A DNA stretch of 64,000 bases, from NCBI GenBank assembly GCA_044229845.1, contig JBGASG010000001.1, forward strand, positions 32,001 through 96,000, given 5' to 3'. This stretch comes from Candidatus Obscuribacteraceae bacterium. Lineage in GTDB: Bacteria; Cyanobacteriota; Vampirovibrionia; Obscuribacterales; Obscuribacteraceae. Below, one piece after another: positions 11,150 to 21,520 of the stretch. The number at the start of each line of letters is the position of its first letter. Within the stretch, counting starts at the first letter, position 1. Under the pieces are notes generated by a model. That model worked only from the letters and a program-made list of their open reading frames with translations, did not search any database and had not been told where the DNA came from. The translations under genes and the position numbers were made by a program.

Positions 11150-11446
11150 CCTTGGGCTCAGCCGCCACTACAGGTAGTACCACGTGTTTGATGCAGGCGA
11201 CTGTCTGCCTTAACGAGCGGTCACGCTTTGACGGTTCTCAAGATTACCAGCCGTTCAGATTTCATATTAGAAAAATCGCTTGAGAACCCGGGCTTTTGCC
11301 TTTCCAAGTGTGCGCCAATGCAGACTTGCGGAGACGTGTTCGAGCTTATCAAGAGAACAATCTATCGATCGGTTCTCAAGAATTGTCTATTAAATTATCT
11401 GACATTAGGATCCCTTAACGGCAGCTATGACTAACAGGTGATTGTC

Positions 11447-11611
11447 ATGCCGGGTACGGCGCTTGGAATTTTCTGGATCGATTTTCTGTGCAAGCCAGCA
11501 TATAAATATCTGCTGCACCATCCAGTACTGGTTATTTTGCTGATCTGCTGTGTTTACGGCTTCATCGGCTATCACGTTCTCAAATCTGCATATCTCTGCG
11601 AGCGCTATTAG
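11447..11611 (+). CDS. Small membrane protein (54 aa)
   Basis: AGGTGA RBS then MPGTALGIFWIDFLCKPAYKYLLHHPVLVILLICCVYGFIGYHVLKSAYLCERY*. Confidence 0.5.
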   Translation: MPGTALGIFWIDFLCKPAYKYLLHHPVLVILLICCVYGFIGYHVLKSAYLCERY

Positions 11612-11683
11612 AGTCAGCCTGGCTCCGCTATACTTGCACGACCGCTTCCAGCCTGGCGCGCTGCTGCACGCTCCATCACCTCT

Positions 11684-12387
11684 GTGTCGGAGATGTGAAG
11701 CAAGGTTTGCCCATCGATAAGGTGTTTCTTCCAGGTTGTGGTGTCGGCCGCACAGACGAGCGATGAAGGTTGGCATGTCATTGCCACCACAGCCGCTGCA
11801 CAAACCCAAATGGAGAACGTGGGGCGTTTCATCGAATATCCCTCTTACCCACCCCGGAAGAGCTGAAAAGCGGTCGCGCGGAACTGGAGAAAAGTCTCCA
11901 GTTGGCACAGCAACAAGTGCCGGCATTGCGAGCACTCAAAAGCAAGGAGACAGCTGAATCAGTGATTCAACTCGTAAATGCGGTGGGTTACTTGAACTCG
12001 CTTGATGCAGTCACCGTGGCGAGCATCTTCTCCGAGTTCAAAGAAGCGAAAGATGAGCATCCGGAGGCGTTGCTGGCTATGTTGCGTCGCTGTCAAACCA
12101 TCGCCAAACGCTTGAACGCGATGGACGAACAAGTCAGCGCTGTCGTGGATAAAGCCTTAGAGACGGATGGTGCAAAGATTCAGTGGCAGCCGGACGGTCC
12201 GGACAAGGAAAAAATGGTCGACGAGCTGAGCAAGTTTCCTGCGCAGATGAAACAAGCGGCAGCCGACGTTCACAAAAGCATGGACAGCGTCGATGAACAG
12301 ATACAGAAGCTTGAGCAGGCTGAAGCTGAGAAGAAAGCCACAGGCAAGGAAGCGTCAGCAGGCAAGGAAGCGTCAGCAGGCAAATAG
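11684..12387 (+). pseudogene. Secreted helical protein whose 5' segment (about 11684-11846) appears inverted
   Basis: Minus-strand RBS, ATG (11832) and signal peptide. The plus-strand ORF lacks a credible start and becomes protein-like at PTPEELK. Confidence 0.6.
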
Positions 12388-12469
12388 CGCCAACTTCGTG
12401 GAATCACCAGTGACAGTACGCCTCTGACGGACTATTGTTTGGTCACTGGGCTACGGGAGTCTTGTCTCA

Positions 12470-13360
12470 ATGAGTCGAACAGCGCTCGATCTGGCACGTA
12501 TTTCGGAAGGTACCGAGGACCAGGTGGCGAAAGTCGCGCTGCAGACCTTCCAGGACCAGATCACCAGCCTGCGTGCCGCCGATATGGGTGGCAACCTTGG
12601 TAGGTCGAACGGTACCGGGCGCGCGGACATCATGCCGGCAGCCTGGCGCACCGAACAGGGCGTGGCAACTCCGGGCGCCGATGACAATTTCAACCCCCTC
12701 GAGCAAGTGGCTGGAACGCCAAAAACCCGCGCCATTCCGCTTAGCCGGGCGCAGATGTCGCTGCTCGATGCCATGAAAGGCTTCGAAACCGCCAAAAATC
12801 CCTTCGAGGGCATGAAGAAATTCGGTCCCACTTTCGAAACCGCCATCAAGCAAGCAGACGAAGACTTCACCACCAAAATGACCGCCATGGCTAAAGACTA
12901 TGAAGCTAGTAAGCCGGCAGTCGAGAAAGCCGACAAAGAAATGACAGCGGCAGAAACGGCGTTATCCGCCTCGTTGCGGGGCATCAAAGACCCGCAGGAT
13001 AAACAGGCGGCAGCCGCCCTGGCGCTGCAATATATGATGCTCCCGGATAGCGATAAGGCCAAAATCGATCTCGACAAGGTCTTCAAGCCGTATCCCGAGG
13101 TCGCCCAGGCGTTGCTGGCGCGGGATAAAGCCGCGACCGAGAACGCCCCGATTCTGAAGAAGATGGACGAGTGGCGCACCAACACGGAAGCCCTGGTTAT
13201 GGACAAGTTCATGACTCGCGTGGCTTATGGTTCGGCTCTTGATTCCATGGGAGCCGGCTCTCGCGCCCAGGAGCAATACAAAGCCGGTTTCGGAGTCCTG
13301 GGTCTGCCGGTGCCAAAACAGCTGTTGCCCAAACGAGACCCCAACATCCGCGAAGCCTAA
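12470..13360 (+). CDS. Hypothetical alpha-helical protein
   Basis: 296-aa ORF, GGGAG RBS. Confidence 0.75.
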   Translation: MSRTALDLARISEGTEDQVAKVALQTFQDQITSLRAADMGGNLGRSNGTGRADIMPAAWRTEQGVATPGADDNFNPLEQVAGTPKTRAIPLSRAQMSLLDAMKGFETAKNPFEGMKKFGPTFETAIKQADEDFTTKMTAMAKDYEASKPAVEKADKEMTAAETALSASLRGIKDPQDKQAAAALALQYMMLPDSDKAKIDLDKVFKPYPEVAQALLARDKAATENAPILKKMDEWRTNTEALVMDKFMTRVAYGSALDSMGAGSRAQEQYKAGFGVLGLPVPKQLLPKRDPNIREA

Positions 13361-13412
13361 GCCTGAAGCCTGAGGCGCGTGCTATAACGCGATCTGGAGG
13401 CAGTCATTCCAC

Positions 13413-13994
13413 ATGAAGTTTCGGCAGGCGCGCGCATTTTCTCTCTTGTCGGTCATGGCATTGTTCGGCTGGGGCACCACCGCCGAACCGGTTAATGCCG
13501 CTCCCGCCCCTGCCGGTAGCGTCGACCAGCAAATTCTGCAGACCGCAAAAGGCAGTCTTGGCAAGGAGATGTGGCACGGCTATGGCTTGTCCAGCGGTAA
13601 GCTGGGGTGTGCGGCGGCAGTTTCGAATGTCCTGAAGAACGCTGGTGTTCTCGGCGTCAATTCAGCTGCGGTAGTCATCATTCGCAGACAAATCCTCAAT
13701 CACCCCAAGTACAGCTCTCAGGAAATTTGCGTCAAGAAGGCTGGTCTGTACGGCGTGGATGCGCAGACATTTCAAACCCTTTCCAGACCTGGTGATGTGC
13801 TGCTGGCGTTCATGGAACCGCCCACTAAACCCAATTTGGGACCCAACGCCCATTGCGGATTTGTCGGCACCGACGGCAACGTCTATACAAATGATTGGAA
13901 TGACGGCATCTGGAAATACGCTCCAATAGAGCAGTACTTCAGTTATTACCCCTACATCTACGTGATTCGGCTCAAGCCCAAATCGAGTAAATAG
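13413..13994 (+). CDS. Secreted NlpC/P60-like (papain-fold) putative amidase/peptidase
   Basis: Signal peptide; LGCAAAVSNVL (Cys), RPGDVL, AHCGFV (His). Confidence 0.65.
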   Translation: MKFRQARAFSLLSVMALFGWGTTAEPVNAAPAPAGSVDQQILQTAKGSLGKEMWHGYGLSSGKLGCAAAVSNVLKNAGVLGVNSAAVVIIRRQILNHPKYSSQEICVKKAGLYGVDAQTFQTLSRPGDVLLAFMEPPTKPNLGPNAHCGFVGTDGNVYTNDWNDGIWKYAPIEQYFSYYPYIYVIRLKPKSSK

Positions 13995-13995
13995 G

Positions 13996-14121
13996 TTATG
14001 ACTGCGACGATACTTCGACGGTTTCGTCAGCCATGTAGTCGGCTTTCGAAACGTGATCGTTGAACCAGGTCGTCACGAAGGTGACTAAGACAACAACCGC
14101 AAATCCGGTCAATAATTCCAT
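13996..14121 (-). CDS. Small single-TM protein (41 aa)
   Basis: GGAGGA RBS then MELLTGFAVVVLVTFVTTWF... Confidence 0.55.
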   Translation of the reverse strand: MELLTGFAVVVLVTFVTTWFNDHVSKADYMADETVEVSSQS

Positions 14122-14282
14122 ATATCCTCCGGCAGTGTAATCTGCGCTTGGAATTGTGCAAATGATGGCAAGAAAGCCGCATTCAGGCAATGTTTTTTGA
14201 CTTCATTCGATAGCAAAACTGGAGAATTCTTTCTAATCCAGCGAACCGCGATAGTAGTTAGGCTAATGGCGTCGGTTTCCTG

Positions 14283-15518
14283 GTGAGGCTTATGAATTTC
14301 AGCAGTTTTTCGCGCGTCCTTTTCAGCGCTGCGCTTCTGTTCAGCGTGATGACACAAGACGCATTCGCGGTCGTCGAAGACCCGGTGTATCAAGAAGACA
14401 AAGGCAACGTTCCTGCTGAGGCGGCGGTTAACTGGACCATGGTCGAAATGCACCCGACAAGTACGCCGCAGCTGTTTCAGGGCGGCGATAACCGCTACAA
14501 CCTTGCCTACGAAATGAGTCTGCAAAGCTTCAATCGGTCACCAATGACGGTGACCGAGTTCACGGTGCTTGATGCCGACACCGGCAAAGCAATCTGGAAA
14601 TTGACTGGCGAGGATGTCGCCACTCGCATGCTTTCCACCAGTGGGCCCAAGGTCAACAAATTGGGCAGCGGGCAATCAGGGATCCTGTTCGTCAACCTTG
14701 TCTTTGACAAGCAGGAAGAGGTGCCCAAAAAACTCAAGCATCGCCTGGTGCTCAGCGGCGGCGATATGCAAGGTCACCCCTGCACCAATATTGTTGAAGG
14801 CGCTCCGCTGGATGTGAATATGATACCGCCTGTGGTGATTGGCTCGCCATTCAAAGGTGGCAACTGGATCCCCGGCGGCGGGTACGATGCGGTCGACGGA
14901 CACAGGCGGGCCCTGTTTCCCATCAACAATACTTTGCTGGCAGCGCAACGGTTTGCCATCGACTGGCTGAAGGTCGATAAGACCGACATGTGCGCCAACG
15001 GTGACATAAGCAAGGTGGAAAATTACTTTGGATATGGCGAGCCGATTCTGGCGGTCGCCGACGGTACAGTTGCCGGCATAGTCAATCGATTTGAGAATCA
15101 GGTGCCACCGAAGGCGGTGGGCAAAGATCTGGTTCTATATCCGGCAGGAAACTCGATCGTGCTTGATTTGGGAAACGGTCGCTACGCAATGTACGCGCAT
15201 TTGAAACCAGGGTCGATCAAAGTGAAGCGCGGCGACAAGGTAAAACGTGGTGACGTGCTTGCGAACATGGGCAACAGCGGCAATTCCTCCGCGCCGCACT
15301 TGCATCTACACATTATGGACGGTCCCCAAATTTTGGGCAGCAACGGCGTTCCCTATTACTTTGACGAGTTCAACGTGATTCGCGAAGTGCCTGATATGTC
15401 GGACTTCGACAATCATGACGGCATAACCGCACCTATGAAAACAGCGCAGTCGAAGGTGGCCGGCAAGCACACTAATCAGTTGGTGCGGCAAGGACAGATA
15501 GTTGCCTTTCCGGAATAA
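14283..15518 (+). CDS. Secreted M23-family metallopeptidase
   Basis: RFAIDW, AVADG, YAHL, GNSGNSSAPHLHLH motifs; signal peptide. Confidence 0.9.
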   Translation: MRLMNFSSFSRVLFSAALLFSVMTQDAFAVVEDPVYQEDKGNVPAEAAVNWTMVEMHPTSTPQLFQGGDNRYNLAYEMSLQSFNRSPMTVTEFTVLDADTGKAIWKLTGEDVATRMLSTSGPKVNKLGSGQSGILFVNLVFDKQEEVPKKLKHRLVLSGGDMQGHPCTNIVEGAPLDVNMIPPVVIGSPFKGGNWIPGGGYDAVDGHRRALFPINNTLLAAQRFAIDWLKVDKTDMCANGDISKVENYFGYGEPILAVADGTVAGIVNRFENQVPPKAVGKDLVLYPAGNSIVLDLGNGRYAMYAHLKPGSIKVKRGDKVKRGDVLANMGNSGNSSAPHLHLHIMDGPQILGSNGVPYYFDEFNVIREVPDMSDFDNHDGITAPMKTAQSKVAGKHTNQLVRQGQIVAFPE

Positions 15519-15768
15519 ACTACTTCCAGCCTTCGCCAACCAGCTGCCAGCCTGACCAGTAAACCGGGCGTTTCCAGGACGGGTGCTGTGCATCGTTCTT
15601 AATGGCTAACTGAGCCTGCTTCAAGGCTTCCGCCTTGTTCATTTTCTTCGACCAGAGGTTGGTGTAAAACTGCCGCATCAAACCGATGTTTTCTATCTCG
15701 AATCGCGAATCTCCTCCCTAGAGCGTAACACGATATGATTACGCTCTCTCCGACCAAAGGGCTCCCCC

Positions 15769-16542
15769 GTGCACGACAAGACCAAATATAGACCGACAGA
15801 GCGGTTTACGGGACTTGCCGAAGTCTATGCAGCCGCCAGACCCAGTTATCCGGAAGCCGCCATCGATTTCATCATGAAGCGGTGCAATCTTAAAGAAGGT
15901 TCGGTAATAGCTGACGTGGGTTGCGGTACCGGTATTTCATCCAGGCTTTTCGGACAAAGGGGACTGGGAGTTCTTGGCATCGAGCCTAATTTCGAAATGA
16001 GGGAAAACGCCCGGGCCGATCGGTCACCCGGTTCCTCCACGGTCGCCTACATGGAAGGCACGGGTGAAGCCACCGGATTGGGCGACGGTGAGGTTGACGC
16101 AGTGGTTTCCGCCCAAGCGTTTCACTGGTTCGATCCCGAAAAGGCGCTCGAAGAGTTCCATCGCATCTTGATCAAAGATGGATGGGTGGTGCTCATGTGG
16201 AACGAGCGCGATGAGAACGACCCATTCACAGCGGCTTACGGAGAGGTGATTCGCTCCGTGCCCGAGACTGCTTCTGTAGAGATGCCGCGCGGCAACGCTG
16301 GAGATCCGCTATTTCACACGCCTTTGTTCGATCAGGTAGAACGCACCACTTATCCAAATCAACAGCTGGTCGATGAACATGGATTGATTCAGCGCGCCTG
16401 CTCGGCATCGTACGCGCCCAAGGAAGGCGAGTTGCTGGTGAAGTTCAAGAAGGATCTGAAGGCTGTGTTCGCTAAATTTGAGCAGGACGACCAGGTTGCA
16501 ATCAAGTACAAAACTTCGGTTTATACCGGGCATCGAGTGTAA
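15769..16542 (+). CDS. Class I SAM-dependent methyltransferase
   Basis: YAAARPSYP, ADVGCGTG, AQAFHWF. Confidence 0.92.
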   Translation: MHDKTKYRPTERFTGLAEVYAAARPSYPEAAIDFIMKRCNLKEGSVIADVGCGTGISSRLFGQRGLGVLGIEPNFEMRENARADRSPGSSTVAYMEGTGEATGLGDGEVDAVVSAQAFHWFDPEKALEEFHRILIKDGWVVLMWNERDENDPFTAAYGEVIRSVPETASVEMPRGNAGDPLFHTPLFDQVERTTYPNQQLVDEHGLIQRACSASYAPKEGELLVKFKKDLKAVFAKFEQDDQVAIKYKTSVYTGHRV

Positions 16543-16660
16543 AAAAGCAGCGCGCAGAAATTTTTCCGCCAAGAAGTAACAGTTCGGGCGGTTGTCTATG
16601 TGTTTCTGGACAATCTCGGCGAGCGTTTCAAGAAACCGCGCGGCAAGTCACGAATAAATT

Positions 16661-16746
16661 CGGAGAGAGAGGGAATCGAACCCTCGGTACCCTGAGAGAG
16701 TACCCGGTTTAGCAAACCGGTGCCATAACCACTCGGCCATCTCTCC
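16661..16746 (-). tRNA. tRNA-Ser (GCU)
   Basis: Reverse complement GGAGAGATGGCCGAGTGG...CCGGTTTGCTAAACCGG, long variable arm, GGTTCGATTCC. Confidence 0.95.
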
Positions 16747-16991
16747 CGAAGTGTGCGCGCGACTAGCTGCCACTGCATATGGTGGCATGAAAGAAACAGC
16801 GCCTGCGCAAGCCCGAGCGGCTAGCGCGCACAGCGCACTAAAGCACGAGTATGGAAACGCAGCGCGAAACAGCGCGCTGCTATGTACTGGTGTGGCGCGC
16901 CAGTACGTTGACCAGAAGGTGTCGTGCTAATTGTCGAAAGCGGAACATGAGTTGAACTCCGTGAGCACGCAGGGAAAGCATAACACCAAAT

Positions 16992-17858
16992 TCAACTCAT
17001 GTGGCGATCGAAACGCTTGAATTTTTGGCTGCTGTTACTGAAGTCGACGAGCATTGAAATCATTTCGCCAAGTTTTTCAGGCGAGCGATTCATGTACTTC
17101 TCGCGCCCGGTGACGCGAACTTCAGTCAGTTTCTTCTCGTACTCAGCAGCGATTTTCTGCAAGTCTTCGCTGGCACCATGTGTAGTCAGGTCTTGCAGGT
17201 GCTGGTGGTAATCATCGGCTTTCGCTTTTTGATCGGCGAAGTCAGCTATCACTGATATCGCCAGCAGTGCTTTGCAGTCGGTGAACTCGCCTTTCAGCTG
17301 ACGCAGCATTTGCTCAGCGACAGTGAGCGCATCCGCAGCTCCCTTCTGCAGATCGATGTCCTGCAGAGATTTGCATTGCAACTGGTGCACAAGCAGCAGC
17401 TGGTTGAGCCAGTAGGAGTTATCTGGCTCGATCTGGCGAATTCTCTTGAGCAGTTCTTGTGCCAGCTGTGGGTCGGCAAACATCACAGTGGACATTGTGT
17501 TGCGCATGATGCGCACATCCTGCGGGTGGGTTTCTGTTTGCTTGAGCAGCATACGCTTCGCTTGCGGGTAGTTTGGATCATCGAAGGAAAACTGACCTTC
17601 GGGCCAGTCAAGCACCAGGTGACCGGGCTCCTGCCGGATAAACCAGAAGATGTGGGGAGCCCGCAATTTCGCTGCTCGTTCGCGGGTGTCTTTCTTGTTA
17701 TAGCCCCGCATGTAATGCCCGAGTAGCATGATCCGTTTATCAGCCGCAGCCGCGTCGTCGCGCACTTCACTCTCGATGAGCGGTGCGCGAGTCTCAGAAA
17801 GCTCCGCGCCTTTGCTCAACAGATCCTGTAGTGAAATCAGCGGTAATGGCGACGGCAT
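16992..17858 (-). CDS. Hypothetical helical-repeat (TPR-like) protein
   Basis: Long ORF with amphipathic helical pattern. Confidence 0.65.
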   Translation of the reverse strand: MPSPLPLISLQDLLSKGAELSETRAPLIESEVRDDAAAADKRIMLLGHYMRGYNKKDTRERAAKLRAPHIFWFIRQEPGHLVLDWPEGQFSFDDPNYPQAKRMLLKQTETHPQDVRIMRNTMSTVMFADPQLAQELLKRIRQIEPDNSYWLNQLLLVHQLQCKSLQDIDLQKGAADALTVAEQMLRQLKGEFTDCKALLAISVIADFADQKAKADDYHQHLQDLTTHGASEDLQKIAAEYEKKLTEVRVTGREKYMNRSPEKLGEMISMLVDFSNSSQKFKRFDRHMS

Positions 17859-17946
17859 AGTACCTTTCAACCGCGGGCTGTCGCGGTTGCTCTACCCCTG
17901 TCTCTAGTATAGGCCTGATCTCTCAATTCAAAACGTAGTGGCTCGT

Positions 17947-19497
17947 TTAGTTGCTTATCCGCTGGATTCGGCCGTCAACTTTTGGCGCTATCGGCTTGGA
18001 TTTCTCCAGCGCGTCGAGCAGGATAACCGTCTCGGCGCGCCCTTCTTCGGGTTTGACCAGGAAGGGCTGGTCCTTGAACATGGAGTACCCGTCGCCGCCG
18101 GCAAGCACGAAAGCAGTGGTTGCAAGTGTGTAGGTCGCTTTGTCGTCAAGTGGCTTTCCGTTGACTAACACCTCGACTACTCGGTTTCCGATTGGGCGCG
18201 CTGCGTCGTACCGGAATCGCAGCCCCGACACCTGAGGAAACCGGCCGTCGCCTTTGTTGCTCTCCAGACTCACACGGCTTACTCCGTGTTCGAGCGCCTG
18301 TCGGATTGTGGTGCCATGCACCTTGAGTTTGACGACGGGATTTTCAAACGGCAAGACGCTCATCACGTCTCGGTGGGTGATGGCGCCTGCTGGATAAACC
18401 TGGTTGGAGCGCACGGCGCCACCATTGAATATGGCAATGTCAGACTCGGTTGCTTCGCGAAATGCATCAGCGATCATGTTGCCCAGGTTGGTTTCTTCCT
18501 GGGTGTTGTGATTCTGGAGCGCATCCAGATCAACGGTTGTGGTGCCCGCCGGCATGTCGAGTTCTTTGTGCAGTTTGGTTTCGTAATCAGCCAGGGCGCG
18601 CGTCACCTCCGGGTCATCGCGCAATTCTTGCGTGACTGGAATGATCTCCCAGTCGATGCTCTCGACCTGGTTTTTCTTCTTTGAATAACTGATCTCAATC
18701 TTGCCGAGGTTGCGAGCATCGGAGCCCATTTTCAAGATCGGCGTTTGTCCGGTAAAGGCTTGAATGACAATGTGTTCGTGCCCGCCGAGAATGAGGTTAA
18801 TCGGCGCGATGCGCGCGATCTCCTTGTCCTGTTCGATGGTCAGGTGCGTCAAGCCGACAATCACTTGTGCTCCGGCTTTCTTCATTTCGGCGACCGTTTT
18901 TTCGACAAGAGAATTGGGATTTTCGATTACAACGTTCGGACCCGGGCGCGATTGTTTTTCGGTGTCGGTGGTGAGCATGCCGAAGATGCCCACCTTGACG
19001 CCATCGATGTCTCGGATCACGAAAAGTTTGGCACCACCAAAGGGTTGCCTGGTTGATTTGTCGAGGACGTTGCTGCATACCCATGTGAACTTAGAGTCCT
19101 TCATGCGTTGCAGAAGTTCGAAAGGACCGAAGTCGAATTCATGGTTGCCGAAAGTGGAATAGTCGAGATTGAGCGCATTCCAACCCGCGATCATCTGCTG
19201 ACCTTTGAACACTTTCGATGCCACAGATGGTGACAGCGTGTCGCCCGCTAGCACAAAAATCGCATCCGGAGTTTTCGCCATGATCTCCCGCTTCAGCGTC
19301 GCCACGCGTGCTAATCCGCCATGCAAGCCGTGATCGACGGGATCGATCTGGTAGACGTCGTTCAACTGAAGAAACGTGATTTTCACCAGATCATCGCTGA
19401 TTTTGAGAGCCATCGCCGGTGGTGCGATGGACAGCACTGCGATGAACGTGGAGACGACTAACGCGACTATGGGACTGATTGTTCGTGAGCGGGACAT
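17947..19497 (-). CDS. Secreted bifunctional metallophosphatase/5'-nucleotidase
   Basis: LNDVY, AGDT, GNHEFD, GGHEH, NGGAVR, FPQVSG motifs. Confidence 0.93.
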   Translation of the reverse strand: MSRSRTISPIVALVVSTFIAVLSIAPPAMALKISDDLVKITFLQLNDVYQIDPVDHGLHGGLARVATLKREIMAKTPDAIFVLAGDTLSPSVASKVFKGQQMIAGWNALNLDYSTFGNHEFDFGPFELLQRMKDSKFTWVCSNVLDKSTRQPFGGAKLFVIRDIDGVKVGIFGMLTTDTEKQSRPGPNVVIENPNSLVEKTVAEMKKAGAQVIVGLTHLTIEQDKEIARIAPINLILGGHEHIVIQAFTGQTPILKMGSDARNLGKIEISYSKKKNQVESIDWEIIPVTQELRDDPEVTRALADYETKLHKELDMPAGTTTVDLDALQNHNTQEETNLGNMIADAFREATESDIAIFNGGAVRSNQVYPAGAITHRDVMSVLPFENPVVKLKVHGTTIRQALEHGVSRVSLESNKGDGRFPQVSGLRFRYDAARPIGNRVVEVLVNGKPLDDKATYTLATTAFVLAGGDGYSMFKDQPFLVKPEEGRAETVILLDALEKSKPIAPKVDGRIQRISN

Positions 19498-19898
19498 GAG
19501 ACTCCTTGAAAAGGCAACGGGGCGCAGGTTGCTATTCTATGGCATGTCCGCGCGTCTTCGGCGTTCCGATCGGGCGTTCGTGGTAGGCAAGCAGTTGGCA
19601 ACCGACAGCCATTTCTGGTGAGGTTGGTTATCTGGCTCAAATGCGAGCTGCCTATTACAATTCGGTCCCCTGTATCCGCAAGCTCATAGCCTGGCGACCC
19701 AAGCTTGGGTAATCGCACGTGTCAATCGAAATCACGAAATCAATGGATGATCGAACTCGCCGATCAGTTTGCCACGCCTGCCCAAAGGGAAACCCTGCAT
19801 AAGCGGTATCAGAAGTAAATTCTGAAGGTCCTCCTAATTTTCGAAAGCGCGACGTATTGGGTTTATACGGTTATCTATTTTGGAGCAAGCGCTAAGCT

Positions 19899-20411
19899 AT
19901 GTATAAAAAGCTCCTGGTCATGGTGCCGCTGGCGGTTGTGCTGACAGGGTGCGGAAAAGCCGGCTCGGATGCGGGAAGCAACATTCTCTCGGGCTTACCC
20001 GACAGCTACAAAATCGGCATACACCTGGGTGCCGGTGAGACGATGTTCGAGAAAGGGCAGTACAAGCTGGCGGAGCACGAGTTTCTCGAAGCTCTCAAAG
20101 TCGCCCAGAAGGAAAAGAACGACGTAGACATTGGTGAAAGCTGGACTCGACTGGGTCAAACCTATAAGCGTCTGGGCGAAAACGACCTTTCGCGAGAGGC
20201 GCTGGCGAAGGCGAATGAAGCTTATGAGGGGGCCGACTTCTTGTTTAAAACAGACAAGCGCGTTTGGGCGCAGGGATTGAAAGAGTATCAGCTGCTTCTA
20301 AAAGAACACGGCGACGAGGAGCAAGCTGCGGCAGCCATGGAGAAGTGGAAGGAACTGCGTGAGGAACTAGGGCCCATGGAAAACTTGCGCGAGAAGATGA
20401 CGCAGTTCTAG
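19899..20411 (+). CDS. TPR lipoprotein
   Basis: Lipobox VLTGC; TPR-like helices. Confidence 0.7.
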   Translation: MYKKLLVMVPLAVVLTGCGKAGSDAGSNILSGLPDSYKIGIHLGAGETMFEKGQYKLAEHEFLEALKVAQKEKNDVDIGESWTRLGQTYKRLGENDLSREALAKANEAYEGADFLFKTDKRVWAQGLKEYQLLLKEHGDEEQAAAAMEKWKELREELGPMENLREKMTQF

Positions 20412-20413
20412 TT

Positions 20414-20869
20414 CTAGAGCACGTAAGAAACGCTGTCCGTGCCGGGCAGCGCGACGAAAATGACGCGATCCGGGTTCCCTTCGTCGGTCAAATCGACGCG
20501 CTTATCGAGAACCGTTGCCAATCCCAAGAGGAAGCCGAATAGCTCGTCCAGAGTTTCGTCGGACGTAACTTGCTTGGGATCGATATCCATCTCCAGGTCG
20601 TCGACATCGAAGAAGTGGCAATTCACCTGGACACTGCCCACATGAATCGAGAGCAATGTGGCTGCCGTTTTGCGCAATGACAGTGCGTCTTGCGGGTCCT
20701 CAGGCAACTCCCGGGCTTGCCCATCAACCGAATAATTCAATTGGTATCCTTTGGCGCACAGCCATGCCCAGACGCTGCGCCAATCGCCGATAGTGGTGTC
20801 ATGAACGTATATGTCTCGAAGACTACCGTCCAACGCCCGAAATTCTTTTTGGTACAACGACCAGTTCAT
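20414..20869 (-). CDS. Conserved hypothetical protein
   Basis: DGSLRDIYV...NCHFF...DIDP; probable start ATG 20869. Confidence 0.7.
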   Translation of the reverse strand: MNWSLYQKEFRALDGSLRDIYVHDTTIGDWRSVWAWLCAKGYQLNYSVDGQARELPEDPQDALSLRKTAATLLSIHVGSVQVNCHFFDVDDLEMDIDPKQVTSDETLDELFGFLLGLATVLDKRVDLTDEGNPDRVIFVALPGTDSVSYVL

Positions 20870-20955
20870 CGCCCTATGGTAACAGCGGCGCTTGCTTTTG
20901 AAAATACTGACCGGGCGCCTTATAATCGGATTTGCGTCGTTATTCGGAATGCCTG

Positions 20956-21513
20956 ATGACCGTAGGTTCTTATTTGAAGAAACTGAACCGTAGTCGCCTG
21001 GTACCATATGTGGTGCTCAGCGCCGGTCTTTGTCTCTTCGGCACTTTTGGTTGCTCCTCGATACAGCCCACCGATGAAGAAAAGAAAGAGGCGGCGATTG
21101 CCAATATCGAGACGCGATTCAACTTGTCCAGACCGACCGCCGCGACATTGAAGCGCGCCTACAAAGGTGGCGAAGTGATTGGCGAAGGCGATGTCGAACC
21201 GATGACCGATGCACAGGAGATCCCGGAAGATGCGGTTCCCGTCGAGGCGCTCCCGGGCGTGGCGGTGCGCGGCGATGTGCAGCCCGGTGTGGTGATACTG
21301 AAAAGGCACGTCGCGCAGGATAGGCACATCGTATATGCGGCACGCGATATCGCCGCCGGAACAATTCTCGCCGCACCAGATCTCGACGAGCGTCAGCTTC
21401 AAGAGGTGATCATGCCTGCTCGTAGCTGTGCTTCAGCAGCGAAGTTGATAGGCAGACGGAGCAAGACTGATATCGGGCAGGGCTGCGTGATCATGGAAGA
21501 CAATCTGCAATAA
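20956..21513 (+). CDS. SAF-domain protein (FlgA/CpaB-like)
   Basis: Two SAF-like units, e.g. VYAARDIAAGTILAAPDL and IGRRSKTDIGQG. Confidence 0.7.
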   Translation: MTVGSYLKKLNRSRLVPYVVLSAGLCLFGTFGCSSIQPTDEEKKEAAIANIETRFNLSRPTAATLKRAYKGGEVIGEGDVEPMTDAQEIPEDAVPVEALPGVAVRGDVQPGVVILKRHVAQDRHIVYAARDIAAGTILAAPDLDERQLQEVIMPARSCASAAKLIGRRSKTDIGQGCVIMEDNLQ

Positions 21514-21520
21514 TACGAGC

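Noticed and set aside
11690..11790. In-frame TGA upstream of ORF 11770 as a selenocysteine codon
   Set aside because: The upstream frame is not protein-like, there is no evident SECIS, and the inversion model explains the region better
12343..12384. 18-nt tandem repeat (GKEASA twice)
   Set aside because: In-frame low-complexity tail with no evident consequence
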